Shown: positions 19,169 to 28,748, counted from the stretch's first letter. The stretch: DNA of 64,000 nucleotides from Candidatus Bathyarchaeia archaeon (GCA_049512935.1 JBEKWR010000006.1:32001-96000), one strand, 5' to 3'. Notes: generated from the sequence alone by a model not told the origin. A program made the numbers and translations.

Positions 19169-19424
19169 GCACTCATCATTTACCCAATAAGTTGGGCAAA
19201 ATATAAGCGTTTACCCAAAGACTCACCCAAACCCTTGTGAAAACGAGTAGCAAGAAGCTTGAAAGATTCGATTGAAAGATAAAGCCCGAAGGATAATTAA
19301 TGAACGCTGCAGAAGCTTAAAATGGGTCTACAGCGGTCCAGAGCGGAATATGTTTATTTTGGCGAGTGAATACAGAAATCGCACTTCGAGACAAATTGCT
19401 TCATAGCTGAAAGCACCAGTTGAG

Positions 19425-19514
19425 GGCGTCCCACGGCTAGGTGGTCCTAGCATCGGACTTCAAATCCGGTGAGCCCGCAAGGTCTCGGGGTCCGATTCCC
19501 CTTGGACGCCGCCA
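19425..19514 (+). tRNA. selC: tRNA-Sec(UCA)
   Basis: 90 nt; 9-bp acceptor (one C-U mismatch), 4-bp T-stem, 6-bp D-stem with UGGU loop, 6-bp anticodon stem with CUUCAAA loop, long variable arm, G73, encoded CCA. Confidence 0.95.
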
Positions 19515-19574
19515 TCGCTCACAGTTTCAAAACAGCTCAGAATGAGTTCTCAATAACCAGCATGATGGGCTCGG

Positions 19575-20006
19575 TTGTCACAAGACATAAAAACAATTGA
19601 GGATACCTTACTGGGTATGAAGAGCCGTTCGCTAAAGGGCGAATCCCCGTCTCAGCTGATAGATGCGAGAATCAAGGAGCTTGGCGACTGGCGAGGCGAG
19701 ATGCTCTTACACCTCCGTGCTCTCATCAAGCAAGCCGATCCCGGAATCGTTGAAGAATGGAAGTGGGGGATTCCTGTGTGGTCTCACAATGGATTGGTCT
19801 GCACAGGCGAGACGTACAAGAGCGTCGTGAAGATGACTTTCTCCAAGGGTGCCTCGTTGAAAGACCCCTCGCACCTCTTCAATTCGAGCCTCGAAGGTAA
19901 TACAAGGCGCGCCATTGACTTCCATGAGGGTGACGAGGTTAACGAGAAGGCTCTGATTGCTCTTGTTCGTGCAGCCGTGGCTGCGAATGCCTCGACCCGT
20001 GTCTAG
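19575..20006 (+). CDS. DUF1801 (YdhG-like) protein
   Basis: EEWKWGIPVW, KGASLKDP...LEGNTRRAID. Confidence 0.85.
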   Translation: MSQDIKTIEDTLLGMKSRSLKGESPSQLIDARIKELGDWRGEMLLHLRALIKQADPGIVEEWKWGIPVWSHNGLVCTGETYKSVVKMTFSKGASLKDPSHLFNSSLEGNTRRAIDFHEGDEVNEKALIALVRAAVAANASTRV

Positions 20007-20064
20007 TGTGCCAAACTTCGATAGCTCCCTCTCCTTGCTGAACGGAATGGTCCAGAGGAAGTGA

Positions 20065-21396
20065 TCACGTCACTGTTTTCAAAACGGTGTCTAACCTCTC
20101 TGCTGCTGTGGTGATTTCGTTTTTTTGTATTCCTATGCTGGCGTCGAAGTTGATGTAGGATGAGACGTACTGTGGGCAGCACACTCCGAAATCGTTTTTT
20201 TCCAGCGCTCTTGCGCCGTTGACCCTTGCCGCGTACAAGGCTTTGCCTATTTTCTTGGCGTCTCTTCCATCTAGCGTCATAGCCACGGATATTGGATTGT
20301 AAACATTCAGTATTCGCTGTCCGTGCCTCTCCGCCACCGCCTTGAGGGATGATTCAAGGAACCGCCTGTTTTCTTCCTGCTGGGTTCTCAGCTTCTCGTA
20401 CCCGTCTAATCCTATCGACAGTACGGCTGCTAGGAACTGCGCTATGGGAGCGGCTGTTGCCCTTCCCGCGTAGATTTCAGACACGGCGTCTAGGAATTCT
20501 TCGTTGGGCGCGGCGACTATTGCTCCTCCGACTGGGGTTAGGAAATTCTTGTCTGTGCTCTGGATTATGGCGTCCACGCGTCCTGCGTCGATTGCGCCTC
20601 TTACGAGTTTCATGATTTCGCGGCTCTGCACTCCGAAGGCGTTGTTTATGATATGCGGCACTTTCTTCTCCTGTGCGATCTTTGCGATTTCTTTGATTTT
20701 ATCTGGTTCTCTGGGTGAAAAGAAAGTGGTTGTTGACAGAATCGCGGCGGTATTTTCGTTAACTGCTTTTTCTATCTCTTCTGGGGGAACGTTCACTGCG
20801 TCTCCGCAGACTTCTCCTGCCACTATTCTTTCTTGAAGACCTGCAAGATGAATCGCCTTCAGTGGAGTTTTAAGGTCAATCTGTGGGTAAACAACCTCTT
20901 TTCCCCCAGTTTGGTTTCTTGCGGCGCACAAGGCAAGAGCAAGCGTCATTCCTGTTGCCACAGGAAAAACCACCGCCTTCTTGATGTTTGGAACCCCGAA
21001 CCTTTTCATGGCGTCAGTTGCCAATTTGTTAGCGAAATAATACATGAGAGACCCACCTGCCGCCTTAGGCTGGGCTTCGGTCAGGTCACCTGACCTTCCT
21101 ACCCCATGATGAAATCCAAATGCCAGCTTTGAAACCACTGGAGAAGCAACCCTGCCCTCGCGTTCGCCTAAGAAAACTGCTTTGCTGTCCTTGTCCGAAT
21201 CCATTGCAGACAGCAGATTCAGCAGCGTTTCGATTTGGCTGTCTTTCCAGCCTTCTTTTGGTATTCTTCTTTGCTCGAAAAGTAGTTTTATCGACTGGGA
21301 CTCTGTGCCCAGCACTGTCAAGCCCCTTTCAAGTATGCTCTTTGGGATTGTGTCCTTCAACTTATCAAACGGCAACATAAAACATACCTTTAGCAC
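20065..21396 (-). CDS. spcS: O-phosphoseryl-tRNA(Sec) selenium transferase (SepSecS)
   Basis: GEREGRV, HGVGRSGDL.E.QPKAAG, HIINNAFG, QSTDKNF (PLP lysine), YAGRA. Confidence 0.95.
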   Translation of the reverse strand: MLKVCFMLPFDKLKDTIPKSILERGLTVLGTESQSIKLLFEQRRIPKEGWKDSQIETLLNLLSAMDSDKDSKAVFLGEREGRVASPVVSKLAFGFHHGVGRSGDLTEAQPKAAGGSLMYYFANKLATDAMKRFGVPNIKKAVVFPVATGMTLALALCAARNQTGGKEVVYPQIDLKTPLKAIHLAGLQERIVAGEVCGDAVNVPPEEIEKAVNENTAAILSTTTFFSPREPDKIKEIAKIAQEKKVPHIINNAFGVQSREIMKLVRGAIDAGRVDAIIQSTDKNFLTPVGGAIVAAPNEEFLDAVSEIYAGRATAAPIAQFLAAVLSIGLDGYEKLRTQQEENRRFLESSLKAVAERHGQRILNVYNPISVAMTLDGRDAKKIGKALYAARVNGARALEKNDFGVCCPQYVSSYINFDASIGIQKNEITTAAERLDTVLKTVT

Positions 21397-21549
21397 TGTC
21401 GGGCTCCCGATTTGTCTTTCCCTGTATATAAATTGTTAGTTTTGGCATCGTGGAGTCTGACGCGACTTGACTACATTTGCTGGCATTTAGGGGATGCAAC
21501 CACTTGATAAGCCTTAAATAGCGTTCTCTTGCACAATAAGTATGCAGTG

Positions 21550-21771
21550 ATGGCAATGGGAAGAATAATAATCATAGATGACGATTCTCCCACAACCAGA
21601 GGAAAATTGATAACTTGCCCGATATGCAATGGTACAGGAAAATGCAAACCTTGTAAAGGTACAGGTACTGTTTGGGATAGAAGAGGTCCTTTTATAACAA
21701 ATAATTGCGAGGGCTGCGGTGGAACTGGTAACTGCCCAAGATGTCACGGTGACCGATACATTAGAGTCTAA
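21550..21771 (+). CDS. Small DnaJ-type zinc-finger protein
   Basis: Four CxxCxGx(G) repeats. Confidence 0.75.
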   Translation: MAMGRIIIIDDDSPTTRGKLITCPICNGTGKCKPCKGTGTVWDRRGPFITNNCEGCGGTGNCPRCHGDRYIRV

Positions 21772-21784
21772 CAGGAGTGTTGCA

Positions 21785-21976
21785 TTGGCAAAACCTAAAG
21801 TCATCACTCTCGATCAAATGAAAAACGAATTGTCTAAAACTTATTGTGATGTCCATACGTGCAGTCGAATGGCAGAACTTATTTTTAAAACTGAGGATAA
21901 TGAGTTGTGGCTTTGTTTCTGCAAGAATCATGATCCAAGAAACTGGAAACCAGTCTATCCCACATCTAAGAAATAA
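21785..21976 (+). CDS. Small Cys/His-containing hypothetical protein
   Basis: SD AGGAG before TTG; CxxxxC...CxCxxH. Confidence 0.55.
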   Translation: MAKPKVITLDQMKNELSKTYCDVHTCSRMAELIFKTEDNELWLCFCKNHDPRNWKPVYPTSKK

Positions 21977-22127
21977 CTTGTAAATCTCAAAGCTAAACTT
22001 TGATTATCTAAATATTGTTACTTGTTCGTTAATTCAAACAGGCACACCTCCATTAAACGCCTTTGGCGAGCCCGATGCTCGACACAATTATAAACCCAAG
22101 ACGGCATAGACAACTGGGGAAAACAGG

Positions 22128-24323
22128 GTGTCGCAGAGTTATCCTTACCTGCTTATAATGTGCGGATTGCCTAGTTCAGGAAAGACCACCATCAGCAAAA
22201 ACGTCGCCTCCCTGCTTGAGGACAAACACGAGATATCGACCATGGTCATCAGCTCGGACGATTTTCGGGACATGCTCTCGTACAGCTCCAAAGGATTCAA
22301 GCCTGAGCGGGAAGCGTCGGTGAAGGCTCTTTATGAGAAGGCGATTGCAACTGGTTTGGAAGCTGGTTTTCTCGTCATCAGCGATGACTTAAACTACTAC
22401 AAATCGATGAGGAGCGAGCTTAGGCAGATTGCTAAACGGTCAGGCTCCGACTACGACATTGTCTTTGTTGATACACCCGTTGAGGTAGCCGTCAAATGGA
22501 ACCAAGAACGAGGGTCGCCGATACCGCAGTCCCTCATTGAGGAAATCAATCAGAAACTTGACCCGCCCAAAGGCGACTACAAATGGGACACTCCCCTCGC
22601 CGTTGTCGACCCAAGCAAGCAAAGCTTAGAGGGAATCGCCAGTGCCATCGTTACTGCGGTTCTGAAGAGGCTGGAAAACCCGATTAGGTCCAAGCCCAAA
22701 AAAGTTGTGGAAGACGAGAAATCACTGAGGGCAAGAGGCATTGAGCGGGAAACCCGAAAAGCCATGATGGAGGTCATGACGCGGTACAAGAACCCGGACT
22801 TGGGCATTTCTCTTTCCGCCATCAGAAAAGAAGTGGTGCACAAGGCGCTGGCGGACGGCTTGAAGCCTGTAGATGCGGTCGAATTGTTCCTCAGGGAAGC
22901 CAATGCGGTCGCAAAAAGTTACGCCGTGACTGAAGGCAAGGGCCTCATTCCCGTTCATGTGGGTCTTTTCGGGCATGTTGACCACGGCAAGACAATGATT
23001 GCCCGGCAGCTAACTGAGAAACCTTCGACGGCTGCATTGGACAAGGCACCGGACTCCGCCCGCCGTGGAATGACGCTGGACATGGGCTTCTCCGCTTTCA
23101 CCTTAGGTCCGTACCTGGCTACTCTCGTCGACTTGCCGGGGCACTTCAGCTTGGTCAGGCATGCGGTGGCGGGCGCCAACATAATTGACGCGGCGGTGCT
23201 GGTTGTGTCCGCCGACCTCGGATTGCAGGTTCAGAGCGTGGAGCATTTCGCAATAATCAAAGACGTGGGAATAAAGAATCTTGTAGTTGCCCTCAACAAG
23301 GTTGATTTGGCGTCCAAAGAGAGAATTGATGAAGTCAAGACAAAAGTCAAGCTTCTCCTAAAGGGAACTCCATACGAGAACGCAAAGATTGTGGAGGTCT
23401 CAGCCTTAACTGGCAAGGGAATTGATGAACTCAAACGCGCCTTGCAAGATTCCATCAGTCCACCCATTCGCCAGTGGAATGGCCCGTTCAAGATGCCTAT
23501 CGACCACGCATTCACCATAGCCGGAGTAGGAACTGTCTTAACTGGCACGATTCACCGTGGGAAAGTTAAGGTGAAAGACACCGTTGAAATCAAGCCCATC
23601 GACAAAAAAGGTCAAGTGCGTTCGCTGCGGTCATTCGGCGAGGACAAAGAGGAAGCTATCGCTGGAGACAGGGTAGGCGTCGCCGTCAAAGACCTAAAAC
23701 CTGATGACGCTCACAGGGGTTACGTAGCCGTTTCTCCTGGCTCCATCAGTTCTACCCGCCGAGTGATAATCGAGTTGGAAGTGGACAAGTACTATCTGCG
23801 TCCGTTGACGCCGTACAGCGATGTAGATGTGTTTGTTGGGTCTTATGAAGTGCTGGGAAACGTTGTGCCCGGCGCCGTGGAAGACGGCAAGTTCGTTGTG
23901 AAGCCGTCGGTGAAGGCTCCTGAAAAATGCCTAGTTTACATAGAACTCAGACAACAAGTCGTGGCGGAAAGAGGAGACCACATGCTCTTGATGAACCCTG
24001 GACTCCAAGCCCGCGAATTCCGAATAATCGGCGGAGGAAGAATCACTGAGACAGACAGCAAACTGGAATTCTTCTCAAAAAAGACCAAACAGGGAACTGC
24101 AGGACAAAAAAGAGAAGCCGACGAGTACTCAGTGACGGGTCTCTTTGGCACCTCGGAAGCTGCCTCCAAATTCGTGGGAAAACAAGTTGTTACAGCAACG
24201 GGAGTTACAGGCGAAATCAGGGCTTCGCTGTCATTGGGCGAAGTTTCAGTCAAGTTCAAAGAACCCGTGCACGAAGGCGAAAAAGTATTTCTCTACGTCT
24301 ACAAGAAGTTAAAAATCAAATAG
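22128..24323 (+). CDS. pstK-selB: Fusion of L-seryl-tRNA(Sec) kinase (PSTK) and Sec-specific elongation factor SelB
   Basis: N-terminal GLPSSGKTT, DDLNYYKSMR, NQERG..IP, YKWDTP (PSTK). From about residue 275: GHVDHGKT, RGMTLDMGFSAF, VDLPGH, NKVD, MPIDHAF and a short archaeal/eukaryal-type domain IV (SelB). Confidence 0.95.
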   Translation: MSQSYPYLLIMCGLPSSGKTTISKNVASLLEDKHEISTMVISSDDFRDMLSYSSKGFKPEREASVKALYEKAIATGLEAGFLVISDDLNYYKSMRSELRQIAKRSGSDYDIVFVDTPVEVAVKWNQERGSPIPQSLIEEINQKLDPPKGDYKWDTPLAVVDPSKQSLEGIASAIVTAVLKRLENPIRSKPKKVVEDEKSLRARGIERETRKAMMEVMTRYKNPDLGISLSAIRKEVVHKALADGLKPVDAVELFLREANAVAKSYAVTEGKGLIPVHVGLFGHVDHGKTMIARQLTEKPSTAALDKAPDSARRGMTLDMGFSAFTLGPYLATLVDLPGHFSLVRHAVAGANIIDAAVLVVSADLGLQVQSVEHFAIIKDVGIKNLVVALNKVDLASKERIDEVKTKVKLLLKGTPYENAKIVEVSALTGKGIDELKRALQDSISPPIRQWNGPFKMPIDHAFTIAGVGTVLTGTIHRGKVKVKDTVEIKPIDKKGQVRSLRSFGEDKEEAIAGDRVGVAVKDLKPDDAHRGYVAVSPGSISSTRRVIIELEVDKYYLRPLTPYSDVDVFVGSYEVLGNVVPGAVEDGKFVVKPSVKAPEKCLVYIELRQQVVAERGDHMLLMNPGLQAREFRIIGGGRITETDSKLEFFSKKTKQGTAGQKREADEYSVTGLFGTSEAASKFVGKQVVTATGVTGEIRASLSLGEVSVKFKEPVHEGEKVFLYVYKKLKIK

Positions 24324-24549
24324 CCAGTTTCCTTATACGCCGAATCTCCTTCAGTCAGAAACAACATTTCCGCAGTTTAGCGCTCAAAGTATCGGTGATG
24401 TAAGCATGAGCCTGCATAAGATCGGCAGCATGGAGGTCAGACATCCAAGCGATTGAAACGGTATGACGTCTTAACGGTTTTTTCCATATCAATTAAAATA
24501 TAACTTACGAGCAAGGTTTTCCACAGTATTGATATAGCATTGTCGAAGG

Positions 24550-26694
24550 ATGAGGGAAGGAGACATGAACAAAATAACCAAACCAACCACTGTTATCTTA
24601 ACAGTCTCAATCATAATAGTATTATTGGTGTCCCTTGGAACACTAAACATCTCTCGAGCATTTCAAGCATCTGGTTTAAACGCGAACCTTACGCTTTACG
24701 CTTCTGCAGGCGACCAAAACTCCGGAAGTGACACCGCCCAGGTATATGTCACAGGCGGCACTGGGCCACACTTGACTTTCAACTGGTATGTTAACAGTGA
24801 ATATGTTCAAACGAACTATGGCGATTATGCTTCGGTCGGCGATTACGCGTACGGTTATTTTGATTTCGCGTTTTCCTTCTCGGATCTTAACCTCGGCTCA
24901 AACACCATTTCCTGTGAAGTCACGGACAGCGCTTCCAATGAGGTCACGGCGACTGCAGGTTTCTATTTATACCCTCCACTCTCAGTGACCGTTTCACCTA
25001 ACCCTGAAACTGTAGATTCGGGTCAATCTGCCACGTTTACCGCCGATGTATCAGGCGGTTCAGGGTCTTATTCGTACCAGTGGACTTCTCAAAGTGCCGC
25101 GCCAGTTGGTGGTACGACATCTTCAACGCTTACTTGCACCGCCCCAACTGTTGTGCAAACCACTCAATACGCTGTTTATGTAAAGGTGACCGACGCCCTT
25201 CCCGCCTGCGACGGACTCAGCCTCTGTGATTCTTCTCTCACGCCAAACCTCACAGTTAATCCTCTACCAACCGCCACTGTTTCTCCTGCCAGCGCCAATT
25301 TGGCTGTTGGATCAACTCAGCAATTCAGTGTTCTTTCAGCGAGCGGCGGCACAGGGTCGCTGAGTTATGAATGGTACGTCAACAACCATGACCATGGCAC
25401 CGGTTACGATACTGGTGATTCAGGCCCAATTTACTATTACACTGCCGCACCCGACGACGCTACCTTCACACCAAGCGTTTACGTCGAGGTTACTGACAGC
25501 CTCGGTGGAATTGGCGATTCCAACTATGCAAGCGTAAACGTGAACTCCGCTTCTTCTGTCAGTGTTACTGTTTCTCCAGATCCTTGCACTATGTATGTCG
25601 GAGGCACCCAGACTTTCACGGCTTCAGCCACAGGCGGCACGGGATCCTATACTTACGACTGGTATCTCAACGGCGCTGATACTGGACAAACTGGTTCAAC
25701 TTTCGATTATACTGCTCAAGCAGGAGACGTTAACACTCCACCCAGCATTTACGTAGTCGCATGGGACACCAATCTCAATGGTGGGACATCTAACACTCCC
25801 ACCATAACCGTAAATCCTTTCACCGCAATTGTTTCCCCAAGCGCTTGGACCATGGACGTTGGGCAAGTGCAAACATTCACGGCTTCTGTCTACGGCGGTA
25901 CCCCACCGTTCGATATCGAATGGTACGTCAGCAACAGTTTTTATGGTTCCGACGTCAATGTTCAATCAGGAGGAACGTCTTTTGACTACATTGCTCAATC
26001 CCAGGACACCAGCTATCCACCCAGTATTTATGCCATCGTTACTGACAGCAGTACCCCACAGTTACAGGCTACTTCTAACGTGGCGACAATCACAGTGAGC
26101 TTTGGTCCTGTTAACCAGGCGAGCACAGGAGCGAGCGGCACCGTGCAAGGCGGCTCTGTAACGATAGATGAGTCATCAACAACAGGTGTCTCCGCAACCA
26201 TCTCAACTCCCACAGGAACTCCTCTACCGGACGGCACACAGATTGATGTTAACTCAGCGTCTTACGGAAGCACCCCGCCAGCGGAGGTAACTACACCGCC
26301 GCCCATATCTATAACTGGCGGAGGAACGGCGATCTATTATGATGTTTCGGTTTCACAAGGCGGCGGCGCTCCTTTGGGGTCAAACGTTAATGTTCAAGTA
26401 AGCTTTACCGACCCAAGCATCACCAGCTCAAGCACCATAGCGTATTGGGATGCCTCTACTAGCAGTTGGATTCAAGTGACTCCCACAGTCTTCACAGCTC
26501 CCGACACAATATCCGGCAGCATCCCTGCATCCGCTTTAACAGGAACACCCATCGTAGTAGGCTCTCCACAACCTGTTTTCGTCGCACCCGAATACTCCAT
26601 CGGCGCCCTCCTCGCCGTAATCGCATGCTTCGCAGCCTTCATCGCAATTCGCAAACCACACGCCCCCGCCTTGCTAAACCGCAGCAAATACTAA
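24550..26694 (+). CDS. Cell-surface protein with PKD/Ig-like repeats and PEF-CTERM-like sorting signal
   Basis: Repeated VTVSP...FTA..SGG.G.Y.Y.WY; C-terminal VAPEY-TM-basic tail. Confidence 0.8.
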   Translation: MREGDMNKITKPTTVILTVSIIIVLLVSLGTLNISRAFQASGLNANLTLYASAGDQNSGSDTAQVYVTGGTGPHLTFNWYVNSEYVQTNYGDYASVGDYAYGYFDFAFSFSDLNLGSNTISCEVTDSASNEVTATAGFYLYPPLSVTVSPNPETVDSGQSATFTADVSGGSGSYSYQWTSQSAAPVGGTTSSTLTCTAPTVVQTTQYAVYVKVTDALPACDGLSLCDSSLTPNLTVNPLPTATVSPASANLAVGSTQQFSVLSASGGTGSLSYEWYVNNHDHGTGYDTGDSGPIYYYTAAPDDATFTPSVYVEVTDSLGGIGDSNYASVNVNSASSVSVTVSPDPCTMYVGGTQTFTASATGGTGSYTYDWYLNGADTGQTGSTFDYTAQAGDVNTPPSIYVVAWDTNLNGGTSNTPTITVNPFTAIVSPSAWTMDVGQVQTFTASVYGGTPPFDIEWYVSNSFYGSDVNVQSGGTSFDYIAQSQDTSYPPSIYAIVTDSSTPQLQATSNVATITVSFGPVNQASTGASGTVQGGSVTIDESSTTGVSATISTPTGTPLPDGTQIDVNSASYGSTPPAEVTTPPPISITGGGTAIYYDVSVSQGGGAPLGSNVNVQVSFTDPSITSSSTIAYWDASTSSWIQVTPTVFTAPDTISGSIPASALTGTPIVVGSPQPVFVAPEYSIGALLAVIACFAAFIAIRKPHAPALLNRSKY

Positions 26695-26778
26695 GCTGGC
26701 GCTCGTCACAAAACTCCAAGCAAGTCCTTGAAAACATGCTAAAACGCAATTAAAAACCCATTTTCTTTTTCCCCTGTT

Positions 26779-26982
26779 TTAGGACTTGCTTGTTTTCTTA
26801 AACCATGCTATGCCTATCACGATGACTGTTAGAGCTGCAGCGGCGGCGACTGGGTTGATGCCTGGCGCGGTAATGTAGGTTTCAGCGAGAAGCGCCGCTA
26901 CAGTTATGAGCGAAACCGCGATTACCGTGCCCACGGCGATGGTTTTGTTGCTCACCTTAACGTCAACCTGCCTGTTCTGCAC
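26779..26982 (-). CDS. Small two-TM membrane protein
   Basis: Two hydrophobic helices and a basic tail. Confidence 0.55.
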   Translation of the reverse strand: MQNRQVDVKVSNKTIAVGTVIAVSLITVAALLAETYITAPGINPVAAAAALTVIVIGIAWFKKTSKS

Positions 26983-27112
26983 GGATAAAAAACAGGTTTT
27001 TGATTTAATTCTACGCTTTAGAACAGCATGTTCAGTTAGTAGGACACTTTTGCCCAGAAAGTTTCTTAGGCAAGAAAAATTTTGTTTATAAACGTTTAAA
27101 AGGGAAAAAGGT

Positions 27113-27409
27113 TTAGTCTTCTTCGTCGAATCCGCGGTTTTTGATTTTAAGCTGGTTTTCTTTTTCGCCGATGACTCTGAACCGTTCTGTCAGGTCATGC
27201 TTGTGCAGAAACTTCTTTACAGTTATCTTCACGTACTTCTTGCTTAGTGCTTCGCCTTCGCCTTTCACCGTGACAACTTGCTCTGCCGTGGACACTTCCC
27301 CGCCTGTTTTCTCCTTCAGGAAATCTGACAGCTTCGAAACCAGGTCCTTCTCCTCGTGTTTAAGATCTGACGCGTCGACTTTCATCTCAACAACTTTTGA
27401 TTCACTCAT
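27113..27409 (-). CDS. rpl22e: Ribosomal protein eL22 (L22e) homologue
   Basis: LSKKYVKITVKKFLHKHDLTERFRVI resembles eL22 [26 protein letters not shown]; acidic tail; SD GAGGTGA before ATG 27409. Confidence 0.75.
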   Translation of the reverse strand: MSESKVVEMKVDASDLKHEEKDLVSKLSDFLKEKTGGEVSTAEQVVTVKGEGEALSKKYVKITVKKFLHKHDLTERFRVIGEKENQLKIKNRGFDEED

Positions 27410-27587
27410 ATTCAATTCACCTCGGTTCACGTGCGCCCATAAGCTCATGTTTAGCAATGCATCTCACTAAAGCTTCACTGATAAGTTTTCCGCTGCCAAC
27501 CCACCCGCACATCCAAAAGAAAAGCAACGAAAACGTCAACCTATGCCATTTTGGGTGCAGCACAACCTAGCGGGAAAATGTTGGGGG

Positions 27588-28346
27588 CTAACTCTTTTGG
27601 CTTCTTGTGAAGTACGCGGAAAAAATCGCTAACCTGTCAATGGGGTAGAAAATAAGCATTGAGTAACATTTTGTTTTGCGTACGACGGCTACGGCGCGAA
27701 TCGGGCTGGTCAGCAGCAGCCGAAAACAGTTCACCTTGTCCCTTCCACTGTAGGACGGCAACGAAAGCATGTGTATGCGAAGGTCATGCTGAATGGTCTC
27801 GCCTAAGCCAGCTCTTGTAATATGGTCGGAGACAACGTCTGAGAGGACAACCCACTTGTACCCCGCTTGCCGCATCCGCGCGGGACTGGAAGACTCGCAG
27901 AAACCAAACCGTTTCACGACGTCGGTTCGGCAGAGGTTGTTGTCGACGCTGCGCTTGTCAGGTCTGTTCTGGTACTCGTAAGCGTCAAGCTTGCGCAGCC
28001 TCGGCTCGGTGGAAAGACGTATGCCCTGGACAACGCCGACATGCGGGTCTTTCATGGCTTCAAAGGCTTTGCGCCACCAGTCACGGCTCAAAAGCACGTC
28101 ATGCTCGAAGCTGGCGAAGAGTGGCGTGGAAACGAGGCTCAGCGCCGTCTGCTTGTTAGCCTGTAACCCCCTGCCTCTGTTAAAGTGGACTTCCCAACCG
28201 AACTCCTTAGCGATCTTCACAGTCTGGTCCGTGCTGTGGTCGTCGCTGATGATTTTTCGGTTGACGCACTCGGCAGGTATTACCTCGGAGATTCTTTGAA
28301 GCACGGCTGGCAAAAGTTTTTCACTGTTAAAAGTCCACATAATCAA
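27588..28346 (-). CDS. Glycosyltransferase family 2
   Basis: TFNSE, ISDDHSTD.T, FEHD. Confidence 0.75.
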   Translation of the reverse strand: MIMWTFNSEKLLPAVLQRISEVIPAECVNRKIISDDHSTDQTVKIAKEFGWEVHFNRGRGLQANKQTALSLVSTPLFASFEHDVLLSRDWWRKAFEAMKDPHVGVVQGIRLSTEPRLRKLDAYEYQNRPDKRSVDNNLCRTDVVKRFGFCESSSPARMRQAGYKWVVLSDVVSDHITRAGLGETIQHDLRIHMLSLPSYSGRDKVNCFRLLLTSPIRAVAVVRKTKCYSMLIFYPIDRLAIFSAYFTRSQKS

Positions 28347-28748
28347 GTCGATTTTGCCTATTTTCGCCGTTTCAGAATCACCTGCTTAACGTTTTCCAAA
28401 CTTTTCGGGTTGGACTTTGCTGATAGCAATGGCAAAAAACTTGTATTTATCAGTTGCTAACAAATCGCCAAGTTCACTTTTAACAGGGCGGCAATCTGAA
28501 AGCCGACGCAATCGATGGATTGCTTGTGCTCATCATGCATCGTGAAGAGGGCTCAGCCAACCAAGAAACGTTGACTGTTGCCGTTTTGGTTTTTTCGTCA
28601 GTTCGCCCGTCGAGTCAATATCACCGCCGAAAGGCTCAGTGACTCTAGTGCTCATCATCCAAACCATAAATTGAGCGGCAATCCTTAAGACTGTTACGGC
28701 AGATTTCTTCATCGAAACTTGCAATGGAATATTTTGCAGGTGTTATTC

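Noticed and set aside
22128-24323. EF-1A, aIF2-gamma or KTI12 identity
   Set aside because: The STAALDK.P.S..RG.T.D.GFSAF and IDHAF motifs and domain IV match SelB, and the context supports PSTK.
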